Positions 26,200 through 40,236 of a stretch of 64,000 nucleotides of DNA are shown here, one piece after another. The notes beneath the pieces are model-generated. The model worked only from the letters and a program-made list of their open reading frames with translations, was not told the DNA's origin and ran no database searches. The number at the start of each line of letters is the position of its first letter. The stretch's first letter is position 1. Source of the stretch: Marsupella aquatica (taxonomy: Eukaryota > Plantae > Marchantiophyta); NCBI GenBank assembly GCA_973895155.1, contig OZ316898.1, positions 21,478,122-21,542,121 on the forward strand, read 5' to 3'. The translations under genes were made by a program, and so were the position numbers.

Positions 26200-27638
26200 T
26201 AACTTAACCCTGAAGTACCCTCCCCATCTTGAAACGCATCAGAGATAGTCTGCGCCACGAGCAGGCATGTTCTCACCATTACGCCCTCACACTTGAAGTC
26301 TGCTGTAGGATTTTTGCGCAACATTTTTAGACCCTCCTCCATGTCGCCATCGAATTGTCATTGTAGATGAGAGCGAACTGTTTCGAGTAAGTTCTCCGCC
26401 TGATCCACTAAGCTATTCATGTGTCGCGTAGCAATTACCACACCAAATGCTGATGTAATGTCGCGCTTTCTCTTCAGAACGTCCAGTTGCTTGCCAAGTG
26501 AGTTAATGGTGGATCTCCCCTTTGCCAACTCCTCTGCCTTGGCTTTGCTTTGTACATCCACCTTCCATAAGTCCTGTTTGAGAAGGGATTGAACTCTTTC
26601 CGAATGTGTCTTAAGCTCCTTCTTCTTCTTACACTATGCAACATACGCGAGCAGAAGACGACGGATCTCTGCTTCTGTGTCAACAAGAAACGTCTCTACC
26701 CTATCACGAAGTACATAACCTAGCATTTTCTCCACGATTTTAACCCTTTGCCTAATGGCAGCATGGTCCTCTCCTTCACAAATGTAGTCTGCAGCGGTCT
26801 CGCTCGGATTGAACCGATGAGCTAATGGCGCATTGGCGTCATCTTCCCTCTCTTCCGAACTCGGAGGGGCTGTCCCGATTGATCCAACGATGGCGTCACA
26901 CTCTAACTTGCCGCTTTCACCGATTTGTGCAGTATTCAGCTCCGACGCAGCGGCGGTCATCAATCCATCCTCGTCTGGTATCGTGGCAATCCATTCGCTC
27001 CAATCCCAACTTTCGGGAGGAGATGTTTCCGGGTCAGCCTCAAATCCGATTGATCCAAGGATGGCGTCGGAATCCAACTTAAAGCTTGGACGGCTTTGTG
27101 CAGTGTTCAACTCCCATGCAGCGGCGGTCCTAATTCCATCCTCACCTAGTATCGTGGCAATCCATTTGCTCCAATTGCAACTTTCGGGAGGAGATGTTTC
27201 CGGTTCAGCCTCAAATCTGATTGATCCAAGGATGGCGTCGGAATCCAACTTAAAGCTTGGACGGCTTTGTGTAGTGTTCAGCTCCAATGCAGCGGCGGTC
27301 ATCAATCCATCCTCGTCTGGTATCATGGCTATCCATTCGCTCCAATTGCTTCTTTTGGGAGAAGATGTTTTGTGGTCAGCCTCAAATTCGGGTCCTTGGT
27401 GATCTTCCTCCGATCGACTCTTTCCCCGAACCTTTCCCAGGGTTCTTGGTGTTGGGGCCTGAGCTCGGCCCTTTCCTCTCGGAGGTGCGATTGTACCTCG
27501 GGTAGTCAATTTCTCAGCTTGTCTCTTCTTTGTTGGTGGTGCTGCGGCTGCGCTTGTACCTCGGGCGTCCATTGCTGGTGGCTCTACTACTGTAGCCGAT
27601 TTCTCTGTTTGTCCTCCGATTACTTGCTCCGGTCCCAC
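26200..27638 (-). pseudogene. Unknown protein with ~2.7 copies of a 57-aa (171-bp) repeat and a C-terminal coiled coil
   Basis: gcggcggtc at 26950, 27121 and 27292; the frame continues through the TAG at 26634 into ORF 26358-26561. Confidence 0.6.
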
Positions 27639-28361
27639 TCTTATGTCGTCCCTTCGCCAACCGCAGTGGCTCTTTGAATATAACTGTAGATGACCTGATC
27701 GGCTGTTGATTCGAGTAGGTCCAACTTGAACTTGAATGTTGGATTGGACGAGAACTCATCTGCAGTGTACTACTCCTTTCCGGTCCCAATCGTGGAACAT
27801 CGATCTGCTCCGCATCAGCTGGCTGGGCCGCCCGGAGAGAAATGGCATCCTCAAAACCATCGAGATGATAAGATGTTTAGGCCCTTCACTCTGTAGCTAA
27901 AGATGTTTCTTCGCGTAAACTTCACCCTAAACCGGCAATTAGTTGCGTCGGCAGGAACCGAGGGAACGGTTCCCGCCGTAATTACCATTTATTATCATTA
28001 TTATTAAAGACTTCTACCGGTAGCCCGGGCTACCCCTCCTTAACGAAACGCAGAATCTGGAGCATAAACTTACGATTGGATCTCAGCCATAGATCTCGAC
28101 AATAAGGTCACTAGGATGATATGTTGGCATTATCGGGTCATGGGGCAAACGAATGACATCAGCGCCCAAATCAGGCTCTGTTGGCAAAGTCCCCTCTCCA
28201 ATTGCTAGTAAGTAACCAATCGCTAAAGCCTTGTTTCTCAAGTGTGTCCGGTCCTAGATATAAGAACATCCAAGACTTTGTTTCAAAAGTGTAGAAACAA
28301 ATTATAAGTTAGTATAATCTCCTAATCCCAGCATTGAGAACTTACTGTAGTTCTAAAACAA

Positions 28362-28558
28362 ATTACAACTTTGAAGATGTTGTGATTGACAATAATGCCA
28401 TGGATTTTTTTGTATTTATAAAAATGACACGGTTTCGTATATGGATGACAAGGTCCCCAAGGTAACCATGGTGTTTAGGGTTTATAGAAACTATGGCATT
28501 TTTGTAAATACAACAAAAACCGTGGCAGTATTATAAATTAAAACATCTTTAGTGGTAA
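28362..28558. mobile_element. Small foldback/MITE with ~65-75-bp inverted arms
   Basis: 28374-28436 is the imperfect reverse complement of 28487-28548. Confidence 0.65.
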
Positions 28559-28769
28559 TGTACTTAAAAGCTGAAATAAATCAACATTTCAAATACGAAG
28601 GAGTGAATATGTAATTGTAGATTGAAGTATTATTCCTAGTTGTAAAATATACATCTCTAAAAACGATTTGATAGGAAAACAAACATTCTAGTGTTTTGAC
28701 TGTCACAATCATGCAATTATCCTCATCCCTTTCATCTATGACCATATAGAAGAACTCAACCATAAATTT

Positions 28770-30921
28770 TGAAGCTGCTATATAGATGTTGAATGCACGC
28801 TTCATATTCTGTCTTATTCAAATTTTATGTCCAGTATTTTGATTTTAGTGTGCCCTAACAAGGTGAACCATTTGTATTAGGTTGATTTTCAATTAACTTT
28901 TGGACCCCTTTAAATTTTAGTGAACTTAGAGTATTTTGAATGTATTTGGCTCCCTCCATAAATGTTTAATCTTTCATTTTTGAATCACTCCTTAGTGAAC
29001 TTTTTTTCTTTCTCATGAGGTGAGAGAAATGAATTTGAACAATGTGCACATTTGGTGCACTAAGTTCCACTCGTGGTTTCCTTTACAAATGTTATGGTTT
29101 TAGTTCAGCAGATTTTCATGCTTTTTTTGGCACGTGTACTTAGGATTTTGTGTGTTATGGCACTCAAATACTAATTTCGTGGTATATACTTGACATGTAC
29201 CTACTTCTTTTATCTTAAAATCACTACAAGACAGCAAAAAAAGAGGCATGTTCCAGAGATTTATCCATCAAGAGGAAGGTCCAGCATACATACAAAGTTT
29301 CATGGCTAAAAATCAGCTGCAAGGGTCAGGAAACCAAACCAGCCCTAAACCCTAAACAAATTGCACTGCGGCAATATACCATACAATTACAGTTTCTTTA
29401 TGCCTCTATTCGATAAACAAATAAATTAAGATTCTGCTTGTCTTATAAATTCTGTTGCTGCACACAAGAAGCCTGATTTAGCTGCATCAGAAAACCTCCA
29501 CCCAATCCTCGTTTGTACTCCCACCCCAGATTTTTTATTTGTTCCCCCTTGGATCTATGAAAACGTACAAAACATTGCCAAAAAAAATAAATCTGCCCTA
29601 ATTCTCTTTCATCTTTGCCCCATTTTTGGGTCCAGCATACTTTCAGTTTTGTGTTTACCAAGAGTCATTGCGAGCTTTGAAATGATGATGGAAAGCATGC
29701 TACATTTCATCGTTTTTACATACATCGTTCAAAACTCTCCATGCACATCCTTTTTGGTGGCGCCTATTCTCATTCTCTCCATTTTGGTGGGGCCCCAAAG
29801 TTACGGTCTAGAGGCTTCAGTCTAGAAGCCTACACCCCACCTCCAGCTTGGAGTTCGCGCCTTACACCTAAGTGTAGCTCAATACCCGTTCGTTGGAACA
29901 AGATGTCGCGATGTGTTGTTGTCATGTCGCCCAATATGTCGTGAAGAGAAAGGATGTTGAAATTTTTATTTATGTATTTTATTTATTTATTCAGGGTTTA
30001 GGTTTTTTAGGTTTTAGGGTTTGAAGAAAAATATATTATTGTGTCAGTCAAGATATATTGTTAGCATAAAAGATGTCGTGAAAAAATAAAAAATGTAGTG
30101 TCGCCCAAGACGTCGCGTTTCTCCCAATACGGTCTTATGTCTTGGCACCCAAAATGACACTAAGAAAGAGGATGTCATTAGGAAAAAAGGTGTCGTGGTG
30201 CCCAAATGTCGCGAAGTGCAAAGTTGATGTGTACCCAAGATGTCGTTTTTCCAAAGAAACTGTAAAAAGATTGTCGTTTTCCCAAAGATGTCGTGAAGTA
30301 AAAAATGGTGAGTACCAAGGGGGAATGGGTGTGTACACTCTCCTTGCATTGCATGCACACTATAAAATTGAGTTTAGTGTGAATGATAAAGAGTCACACA
30401 GTCGAAGCAAGAGTGAATGAAATGGGATAAAATATAAAAAGAAAAAGGATTCGAGTAACACGCCTTTTTTTTGTCTTGTAGTGATGTTTATTTTATGATA
30501 AAAAATTAGTAGGTACATGTAAAGTATATGCTGGCCAAGGAATTAATATTTGTTACTTAAGAGTGAGTGAAATACCATTTACCATTTTGTAAAGGAAACC
30601 AGAAGGGGTAACGTAGTAGACCACATGACATTGTGTACATTATTCAAATTCATTTCTCTCACTCTCATGAGAAAATGAGAATTCAGTAAGGATTGATTCA
30701 AAATGAAAGATTCAAAATGAAAGATTCAAAATGAAAGATTCAAAATGAAAGATTAAACATTTATGAGGGAAGCCAAATACATTAAAAAAACTCGAAGTTC
30801 ACTAAAATCATAAGGGTTCCAAAAATTAATTAAAAATGAACTTAATACAAACGATTCACCTTGTTAAGTCACACTAAAATAAAAATTCCGGACACATAAT
30901 CTGAATAAGACAAAATTTGAA
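28770..30921. mobile_element. Long-TIR (~450 bp) non-autonomous DNA element (MULE/foldback-like) carrying a satellite block
   Basis: 28801-29252 is the reverse complement of 30457-30921; the right arm has a 4x14-bp expansion (30695-30750) and looks truncated. Confidence 0.75.
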
Positions 30922-31974
30922 AGACCAAATATTAATAGTTCATACGGTCAACAAATTAAACACTTCCTTTCGGGGACACGAGTAGTGAGCGTATTTAATA
31001 ATATCTACTTTTCTACTGTAAGTTCCGGGGACCAACCCCTCCTCGGCGATGGGCCGGGTTATCATTTAGGTCGGGGTATTTATGAGGATCCCTTGCATGC
31101 CGTCGTTGACAGCTTACATATACTAGGCCGGGTAAACCGGTGAAGATGCGAAGTCTTATCCTGCTTGGTTGCTTGTCCCATACGTTTCGCCAGTATCCTG
31201 TACTTCAAATGCTTTCCGCAAGCGTGTAAACGATTTAATCGCTTGCAAATTGATACCGACATAATTTAGGGGCTCCCGTGCCCCCCAGGGTGATGGCTCC
31301 GGCTGGGACGCCTGGATATTTATTGTACCACTCGTGCCATTATTATGATGACTCCTTACCCGCCGTTTGTCCGAGACAACTACGTACATCTTGGAGTACA
31401 ATCATTACCAGGTCGGGTGAAGTCTTTATCCTGCTTGTCCTATACATTTTGTTAGGATCCAAAGCAAGGTTGGACTTCAAAATATTCACGCGTGCCACAC
31501 AATTATATGGCGGCAACCCGTGCCTTCCGCGAATGCAGAACTACGGTACTGTAGATCGGTTAATATGATAAATCTTCGTGTAGAATGGAAATGCCCTATG
31601 CCCGCGTCGTGTAGGCGTGGAGAGAGAAGACATGCCTAACATGAGTAGGACCACATTTAATGTAGTGAGTTGATCAGGACGTATATGCTGTCTCCATTCT
31701 GAAGTAGTGTTGCTCCTACAAATCATGACTACATTATTTTAGGGTTTACTAGGTTAAAGTTTATTATAAATTAAGTTCCTTATTAGTCTCCCATATATTG
31801 ATGAATTAAAAATTACACTAAACAACCTTCATGTGTACTGTGAGTCTCAAACCGATGATTCTGGATGACAAGAAGACGATGTCAATGTTTACATGACAAG
31901 TCTGGATCTGGAAATGGATTTCGAGTATACCCTAAACATTAAAGGAAACATCTACTGACAACTAACTTAGAGGT

Positions 31975-32270
31975 TACTGGATCCCATCACCTATAACCTA
32001 TATTAACCTTTTACACCTTTCTCATATCCAAGGAAAATGTACTTCCTCGACTTGGACTCCAACTTAGACCAAAGCTGGGAAGGTGTAAGCACATATGCAT
32101 CACATCCAAAAACCTTCACATGTGAATAATCCGCTTGATGCCTGTACCTCATTTCAAATGGCGTCTTGAATCCAATTGCACTGGATGCAGAGAAATTTAC
32201 CAAAAAAGCTGCAGTGTTGACAGCTTCTACCCAAAATTCATGTGGTAAGCATTAGGGCTTTAGGCCCTAA
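31975..32270 (-). pseudogene. Second Ty1/copia fragment (integrase C-terminal/SH3 region)
   Basis: FWVEAVNTAAFLVN...KTPFE...VKVFGCDAYV...KLESKSRKYIFLGY. Confidence 0.9.
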
Positions 32271-32841
32271 AGCATCATTGGCTGAACATACTCCTCGAAC
32301 GACATTCCAATTATAATGCTTGGTTGAGCCTCTTAGAAACACCATTTTGCAGAGTATAACTTGTTGTGAATTGGCGTGTAATCCGCTGCTTCTCTTTACA
32401 ATATGTTCCAAATTCACCAGAACCTTATTCACAGTGTGCGGACCCCATATATTTATTCACCACAGCACTTATGGGGTAATCAATGCTAATCCGCATTGAT
32501 TGCCCTCGAGATTGCCTTTTGTCCTTAATATATATTTCGAGTAAAGCACCATTATTACCTTAATACGGTTAGGATAGCCATAATATGTACTTAAGATACC
32601 GCCGCCATACGAAGGAAGAGGAAGCTGTGTACATAGCCACAGATACCGTGCCTTTGCAAAGTTATGAGTAAAGATGCAATCATGAGTGCCAGCAGAATAA
32701 CGCCATGATTAGGATCATCAGAATGGCCCGCTCGACCGAGGCACTTCACGATTTCGAGACAACGACTATCCCATTCGTCCGGACATCTGCGGACCAAAGA
32801 GGCACCACATTTGAGCTTAAGGCAGGGGGGCGGGATAGTTT

Positions 32842-35800
32842 TTGTCTCACAACTCATCAGAACTCTCGACAAACCACCCCCCGCGCCCCCCCACAAGAAC
32901 ACTTGGCGATCACCAGCACCACCATCCACTCACTCCTCACTTACATCAAGCAAAAATGGAAGCGGCAGGAGCACGAAGAGCAGAGGTTCCCCCGACCAAG
33001 AACAAGAATGGAGCCTTGTTGGCCGAAGAGAAGATCCGCAACTCCATTATGGAGGTCCAACGTATCGAGGAGAGCCGACCGGTACTTGACAAAGCCTACG
33101 TTTACGGCTTGGTCCGAATGGACCGCTATCTATCAACATCTCAAGCAGGAGAAATCTGCTCACGAATCACTAAGGTAGCCATGTCACCCGAGGGGATGTT
33201 TATTACGTATCGGGGAATGACGTATAGTTTCTACAACTCAAAGCTGTGCGCAATGTTCGATCTTCCCAGGGTTGGAGAACTACCTCTCACGTACCAAGTA
33301 GACCCCATCGAGGAAGCAGGCGTAGCGAACTTCTTTCAATAGGCGGATGTCCGGATAAGTCGGGGAAATATACAGTATGGCGCCATCCAGCAAAAGGAGT
33401 ATCGCAACTTCATCGAGTTTTGCACCAAGTGGGTGATGGTTAAGAGCGGGTACCATCATGCCACACTACCAAGGATTGCCGTCGCAAGGGCCCTATTCTT
33501 GGGATCCCTCCATCCGCTTCAATTATGGAAGGCAAGTGTATCCATTGTGATCGACACGAAAGGTTGTCCGAAGTTCCCGTCACTATTAGCGTATCAATTA
33601 GCAGTTGTAATTTTTGAGATCCTACAGACAGTAAGTAGAGTTCTGCCGGAGAATTCGGACTCAGGAGAGTCGGAGTCAGAAGATGAAGAAGAAGCCCAGG
33701 GGATATTACCAGTAAGAGCGGAGTTGGGATCCACAGCTAACGTTAATGTGGATCCGCCAGAATACGATGAAGAAGATTTTGAGGATGACGAAGAGGAAGA
33801 GGAAGAGGAGGGGGAAGCACCTCAAAATTTGGATGCAGAGAGCGAAGGAGGGGCAGAGGCCTTACGAAACCTGAAGGAGCAGGCCGAGCAATGTCGCAAG
33901 AGCCTCAAGAGGAAACGGAGGGCAGTAACCCTCCCGGAGGAAGATGAAGATGAAGAAGAAGAAGAAGAAGGGAGGAATGGCACCTTCCAACAACCCACGC
34001 TGTCCGAACTTCCAGATAGCACCAATCTGGCAGAGTTGAGGACTTTTGCCCAACGTCTGACGTTCATCGGGAAGCCAATCCCCAACACCAGGGATCTACG
34101 TTACTGGTTTAGGGATTTGAAGGAGACCAAGGCAATGGCGACGATAGCAGTTATGGAATGTGAGGGCAAGACTCGGGACATGGAGAAGCTGAGGGTAGCA
34201 GAAGAGAAGGTTGAGCGACTCCTCGCAAAGGTACGAAAGAAGTCCGATTCTAACAAGCTGATATTGAAACAGCTGGAGGACTCAGAAGGATTGATAGACA
34301 AGGCGAGGGAGAAAAATGAGGAAGCAACCCCAGCCCTGCAGCAGGCCCGGGAGGCGGTCCGGACAGAGAAGGTTGGGACACAGGCCTTAAAGGTCGAGTT
34401 AGGAAATGCCCAGAAGGAAAGAAAGAAGCTGCAGGAGCTGCTGGCTGACAAGGAGGAAGAATGGAGCCACCTATTGTCTACCGCCGAAGAGGAATTAAAG
34501 GAGGTAACCACCCAGCACGCGAAGTGCGGTTCTGCATCCCATCAGATGGCCGATGAGCTGCAAAGGGTAATTAAAGAGTTGGAGCAAAGTGTACTAGGGG
34601 AAGGAGAACAATTGGCACTCCGGCTGTCCGACCAGCTGGCTGCACATGGGAAAATGGCAGAAGAGCTCACAGAGAAAGAGGCGTCAGCCAGACTAGGGGC
34701 TTTGGAATGCGAAGAGAAGCTCCAAGGAGTAAGGAGAACCAATCATGAGCTACAAGGACAATTAGAGGAGAAGCAGGCATACGTTGCTGCGTTAGAAGAA
34801 GAAGGAGAAAGAAGAGAGAAGGAGAGGAAGAGATGGCTACAGGAAGTAGCAAGTAAGGAGCTCGTCCAGAAATGCAATAAGGTGGTCCGTATTCCGACGG
34901 ACACTTACGAGGCCTGGGACCTGGAAGTGCAGGGCCTGCAAAATGAGGCTGCCACGGCAGCTAAGTTATTGAAGGATGCACTAGCAGATCCGGTGCACAA
35001 GAGGAGGCTGGAACAGCTCAAGAAGGTGAGTGTAAACTCGTGGAAACTATTCACGGGGCAGAAGATAGCATCCCGAAATGCTATTGAAGTTGATGAAGCT
35101 ATGGGGTTGGAAACTCTCCGTGTTATTTTGGCCGCAGCGGGGATTAACAAGAGGGCCATTCGTCCGGACGACTGCGACCAGATATGGTACGACATCCCGG
35201 TCCGGATCAGATTTATGCTTCCATTCTTTGAATGGTCGGGAGCCATTGGGTTCACCCAACCCACAGACTTATATTTTTGATTGGGAGGAAGGGCCAACAG
35301 CAGAGTAACGCAAATTTTGTTGTCCGAACTGGAGCGAGAGCACCCAGGCCATCCTCATTATGTGGCCCTCATAACAGATGCAAACACTACGCATCCCGAC
35401 TGTCCGGCACGGAAATTGCATTGGTTCTATAGTTTAGCAGTACATAGGAAAGCCTTTGATTTAGTAGAAGTAGTGATGAAGTCCTGGGCGGCGAGAGAAA
35501 TCCACACCAATTGTGGGAAGTATACCCTGCCCCGCCTGGTTACCTTTCTCCAAAAGGCCGGATGGCACAACATAGAGAGAAATGGGACAAGGGTGATTTT
35601 CAATCCTTACTACACCTCCCATCTTATGGTAACCAATGAGTGGATGAGCTTCGTAGACCTCCCCGTCCTACCCCAATTCAGTCATATTGCCATGACTCAC
35701 TTTTATTCACTAAGTAGGGATCCGGCTGCAGTGGCTTGTGCGGGGAACACTATCCGGACCGACGAGCTTCCCTTCGATCCAGTTGTTTTGTGTCTGGGTG

Positions 35801-36675
35801 TTTGGGAGAAGACATCCTTTTGGGAAAGGGTGACCCCTACGGAGAATGTAATTAGATGGTTAGAGGCAAGTGTACATAATAATAGATTAGGAAATTACTT
35901 CGGACCTGCAATCTTCTGGACACCACACCAATTCTTCCGGGAGCTTGACGACGGGTTTGGTCTACACATCGAGACCAACCCTATAGCTGCATATCATTCA
36001 ATATGGCAGCATGATCCCTGGGTTAGGATGAGACTGCCCCAGCACGAGACCGACCCCCCATCAAGTCTTTTGGGTCAACTCAGGCGGTGGATAAATGCCC
36101 TTACAAATCGATATCCTTTCGGGCATTCGCTTGAGGACCCCCGCTACTTCCGGTGGTCCTGTTTTGCGCGTTCTTTAATTGAGGTAGTGGATCGATCCGG
36201 ATGAGCAGGCGAAGTCGACGTGGATCTTAATGGCGAGATGAAGTGTAAAGGGATGATTATGTGGAAGCTGTTCAGCCGGGCGAGGCCAGCCGCCGCACGA
36301 ATGTACAATTTGTTAATAAGCGCCGAGTTCTTGAAGGGGGAAGACCCCATAATTAGATGCGGAGGACCACCAGCGCCAACTCGGGCGTACCTCATGGTAT
36401 ACCAACCCAATCCTGACACCGTGGACGACAAAATCGAGGTTCAGGAAGAAGGGGGTCCTAACACTTACGAAGAATACCACAATTGGTGGGTAGTTGCGGG
36501 TGAGACGCCGGGGGAAAGGGAGGAACGATGCTTGAGACAGCAGAATGAGTTTCGACGACAGCGCTGGGCTTGCCGCTGGATTGTGGCAGTGGCAGCAAGG
36601 GATGCAGAGGCAGCCGCGTGGGAGGCCGCCCATGAAAGAGGAACAGGGCGGCCGCCTGTTCTGCTGGAGGAGTGA
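32842..36675 (+). pseudogene. Giant (~1240-1270 codon) retroelement-type accessory ORF: N-terminal domain, acidic tract, long coiled coil, unknown C-terminal domains; three in-frame stops
   Basis: ORFs 32842-33342, 33433-35280, 35281-36204 and 36220-36675 share one frame; probable ATG at 32956. Confidence 0.75.
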
Positions 36676-36891
36676 ACGAGCGGCGGATAGGATTAGGTTA
36701 GGAAGAGCACATTACTCAGTAGAATGACGGTGGCCATTGGCCCATTCTTAGGACGGATTGCAAAGTATTTAAACCCCTGGTCTGTGTGTAGAAGGGGTGA
36801 GAGCATTGCTCAGTTATATCGTACACATTCTTGCAAGCAGGATCACGTTGGTGTGTAATGTTCTTTCCCGTTCTGATAAGTCAGTCTTTAT

Positions 36892-37071
36892 TGAATTCGC
36901 AGTAGAGAATGTCGTTGAGGAAGTAGGGTTCGGATGCTAACACTAGTGACATGAATTTGCAGTAGAGAATGTCGTTGAGGAAGTAGGGTTCGGATGCTAA
37001 CACTAGTGACATGAATTCGTAGTAGAGAATGTCGTTGAGGAAGTAGGGTTCGGATGCTAACACTAGTGACA
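36892..37071. repeat. Three near-perfect 60-bp tandem repeats
   Basis: tgaattcgcagtagagaatgtcgttgaggaagtagggttcggatgctaacactagtgaca x3. Confidence 0.97.
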
Positions 37072-40000
37072 ACAAGTGGATGTTTTCCCCTATATTGTAG
37101 TCTATCCGGACCACTGTCAAGAACGAACGAGCTCAATTGTTGTTGATGACTATGTGTCTCGCCTACGATAAGAGTAAGGATGAAGAGCCCCAATGGTGAG
37201 GTGAGTTTAGGAGTCTACCTGGAAATTAACCCCTACGCTCCACCTCTTGTCTCCGCCCTGTGGAATAACCCATAAGACGAAGGCCTTTTATACATTGCTC
37301 TGGCGGCATACGCACTGTTTGGGGGTGGCTAAGGGAAAAGAGGTAGTATCCCCTTTTTCCCTACCCGTTTTCCTATCCCCCGGGTGGTTCGGATGCAGTC
37401 GGAAGGGTTCACCTCTGCTAATGAACCATCTTGTGATCTCGTGGTCAGAATAAGAGAAGGTTTGCTCGGGGGAGGTTCGGACAAAGTAGAGCACTCTGAG
37501 CGGACGTCCAGGCTAAGCCCAGACCAAACTCACAGCCCTATACTTGGTCCGGATACCATCATGATAGGACGTCAGGTACGGAAGCCTGTAGCAAGGATAC
37601 TGTCACATATTATTGTACAAGAGAAATAATTGTGATTGTCTACACGACTCTCTTGTAGAATATGGAAGAGGATATGTGTCGCTTTTCTTAAGCCGTGTGG
37701 ATAATCTCTTAGTGATGTTCTTCGTAATTGTTGTGTACTTCAATCATGCTTCATGAACTAAGTGAGACTACCAATAAAATTTATATAGCCGCTTCTTTCA
37801 AGTTGTGCACTTTAACAACTTTCTTTTTTCCGGACCTCATTCCTCTGGTAACCCATCCCGAGTTGACCTTCATCTCCTGAACTTGGGCTTCTGCCCCTAG
37901 TCTTTTGGGTGGGCGAGAAGATGTGTGGCGGGAGATGCATATATTATTATTTATTCTTGTGAAGGGCGTCAACCATTCCCTCCCGTTGGACCGTAGATGG
38001 CCGTCTGTTGCACTCAGGAGGGCAGCGATTTAATTATTGATTGTACACACAGTCCAGTCATACACACACTTCATCTGACTGACAAACCAATCAGGATTGG
38101 GTTCACACTAAGTAGCTAATAAGTAGTTTAGGGTTTTGTGGGAAGTCGAGTTATGTACAATTTCTTTCTCTTCCTTAGAAGGCCCCTATACAACCTTATG
38201 TCTAGCTCGGGCCAAACTGTCCAGCATAGCACAAGCCTGGAGAACCCATGGCCTCCCTTGAAGCTCATTGTTTGTTTCCCGAACAAACTAGAAAAAGTCC
38301 ACCATATATTCTACTTTCAGGAGGTGATGTAAAGCCTAAAGCAAAATTAGGCTTATCTTTCTGTTAACCTGATTCGGAGACAGTCCAACTTGCCGTCCGC
38401 GGAAGGTGAACTGAATGGCATCCACAAGGTTTTGTTTTGTGTGCATTCACATTTAATTCAATTTCAATTGACAATCATAATGGAAAATGAGAAATGCAAC
38501 GTAGAAGTGCGCACAGAACTGTGGACCAATGGTATCTCCCAAAAATCCTTTGGAGACTAGCAATGATGTGGATGAATTGGCTCGGGCGACGGGCCAGCAC
38601 ACAATGGGGCAAAATCAAAACGAGGGGGGCAAGTCCGATCCGTCATGATTGAGCCGCCGCATCCCATCCGTATTCAATTCCCGTTGCCTGACGGGTCCAA
38701 GTCAAAGTTTGACTGGGATCGGGCCTCGGTTTCAGGTGTTTAGGGTGCCCGGTAGTGACAGACTGACAGCCCTAAACTCTAAAATTCAGGGAGACGAGTC
38801 CCTGTTTTGTCATTAAATGCATATTGGTTTTCCCCCACTATTTTTTAAAATTTGTTTTCTGCAACTAAATCGCGTGTGATTTAAACAAATTTTTGATGCG
38901 ATTTTGCCATATTGAGTAACCATAGAGACGTGAATTGTGATATGATTTTGATAGCACATTTTGTGGTTGTTTCACCAACATTGAGCTCAAATTTTTCATA
39001 TAACTGCTTTTACATTTGTTACTATGTGCATCCTAATGCTCATTTTTATGAATTCAATTAGTGCATTGTGTCCTAAGCTAAACAATAAAAATTACCATTT
39101 AAGTGACATTGTGTAAATTGCCTGAAATGCTCTAGCTAGGTGCTCAACTCTGAAAAAAACTTTCACAATAATAACACCAACAAAATGCTGAAGTCTAAGG
39201 GTGTTTTTAATTCAAATTTAATGCATGTAAATTTAATACAAATTTATAACACTCCTCTGAATGCACTTTGGCTATATAATTTATGTGAAAGAATTGAGCT
39301 GGACCCACATACTAGTTAATATGTGCTTTTCTTTGCAGGTACTCTACATGATCTACTCCCTTCTTTCATCATAAATAAATTAAAATAATTACACATCACT
39401 ATAAGACGTATTTATTTTTTAAATAACATGTTCCACGGTTCACACTTTTATAACGTTGTCGTCGTTTAAAATTGGAGTGCCAAATAGGAAAGTAATCAAT
39501 AAATAGAAAATATAATGTAAATTAGCATAGCGTGGACCTAAATGACCAGAAACCTTTCACACAATAAGGAATGAAATGGTGATCAGAAAAGACAAAAACT
39601 AAAACAAATCCGGTTAGTACCTCATTTTATTATCATGCATGCACCACAAAAGCTACATGCCACATTGACATTTCACCCAAAGGAATTAAAAAAACAAAGA
39701 AGAAAAAACAAAGACATTGACATTTGTAGAGGAACAAAAGGGAATCCATAGCAATAAACACTCTCTAGAAATAAACAAAACATTAAATGCTCCCTCTCAT
39801 CCCGTTTTTTCTCATGCTGCAGTACATGTACAATACTCTGGGGAAAATACTTTACTCTCCTCAAGTGAGGCCTAGTTACAAAAGACAAAGTATAGCAGAC
39901 CAATGTATTTTGGGCCCCCCATCACATGTACTGAACCAAATTCACAAGTTCAGCCAATCACAAATTAGAAAATTAAAATCAATTTAAAACTGCGGGAAAT

Positions 40001-40236
40001 CTGTTTCATCACCTTTGGGGTGACATTCGACAATTTGAAAACCACACGACGATCGCGATTTCTGCACTCGCTTACCCTAAACCCTAAATCTGCCCGTTCT
40101 GGGAAGTCGGCATCCTTAACCGAATTGGAGCAGACGAAAATGTGGCTTAAACGGGCTTTGGCTTCGATGGGAGGTCATTTTTTTGCCATAGCGAAGTGAT
40201 TGTAGTTGGGAGATCGGCACTGCAGCAAACAACCTC

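Noticed and set aside
29222-30483. Stand-alone CACTA element
   Set aside because: No 3-bp TSD, and inverted homology extends ~400 bp beyond the CACTA motifs
33337-33348. Programmed readthrough at CAA-TAG
   Set aside because: The 3' context GCGGAT does not fit the CARYYA readthrough signal; a C>T nonsense mutation is simpler
36892-37071. CRISPR-like appearance of the 60-bp, 35-bp and 116-bp arrays
   Set aside because: The units are contiguous tandem repeats without unique spacers, there are no cas genes, and the context is eukaryotic
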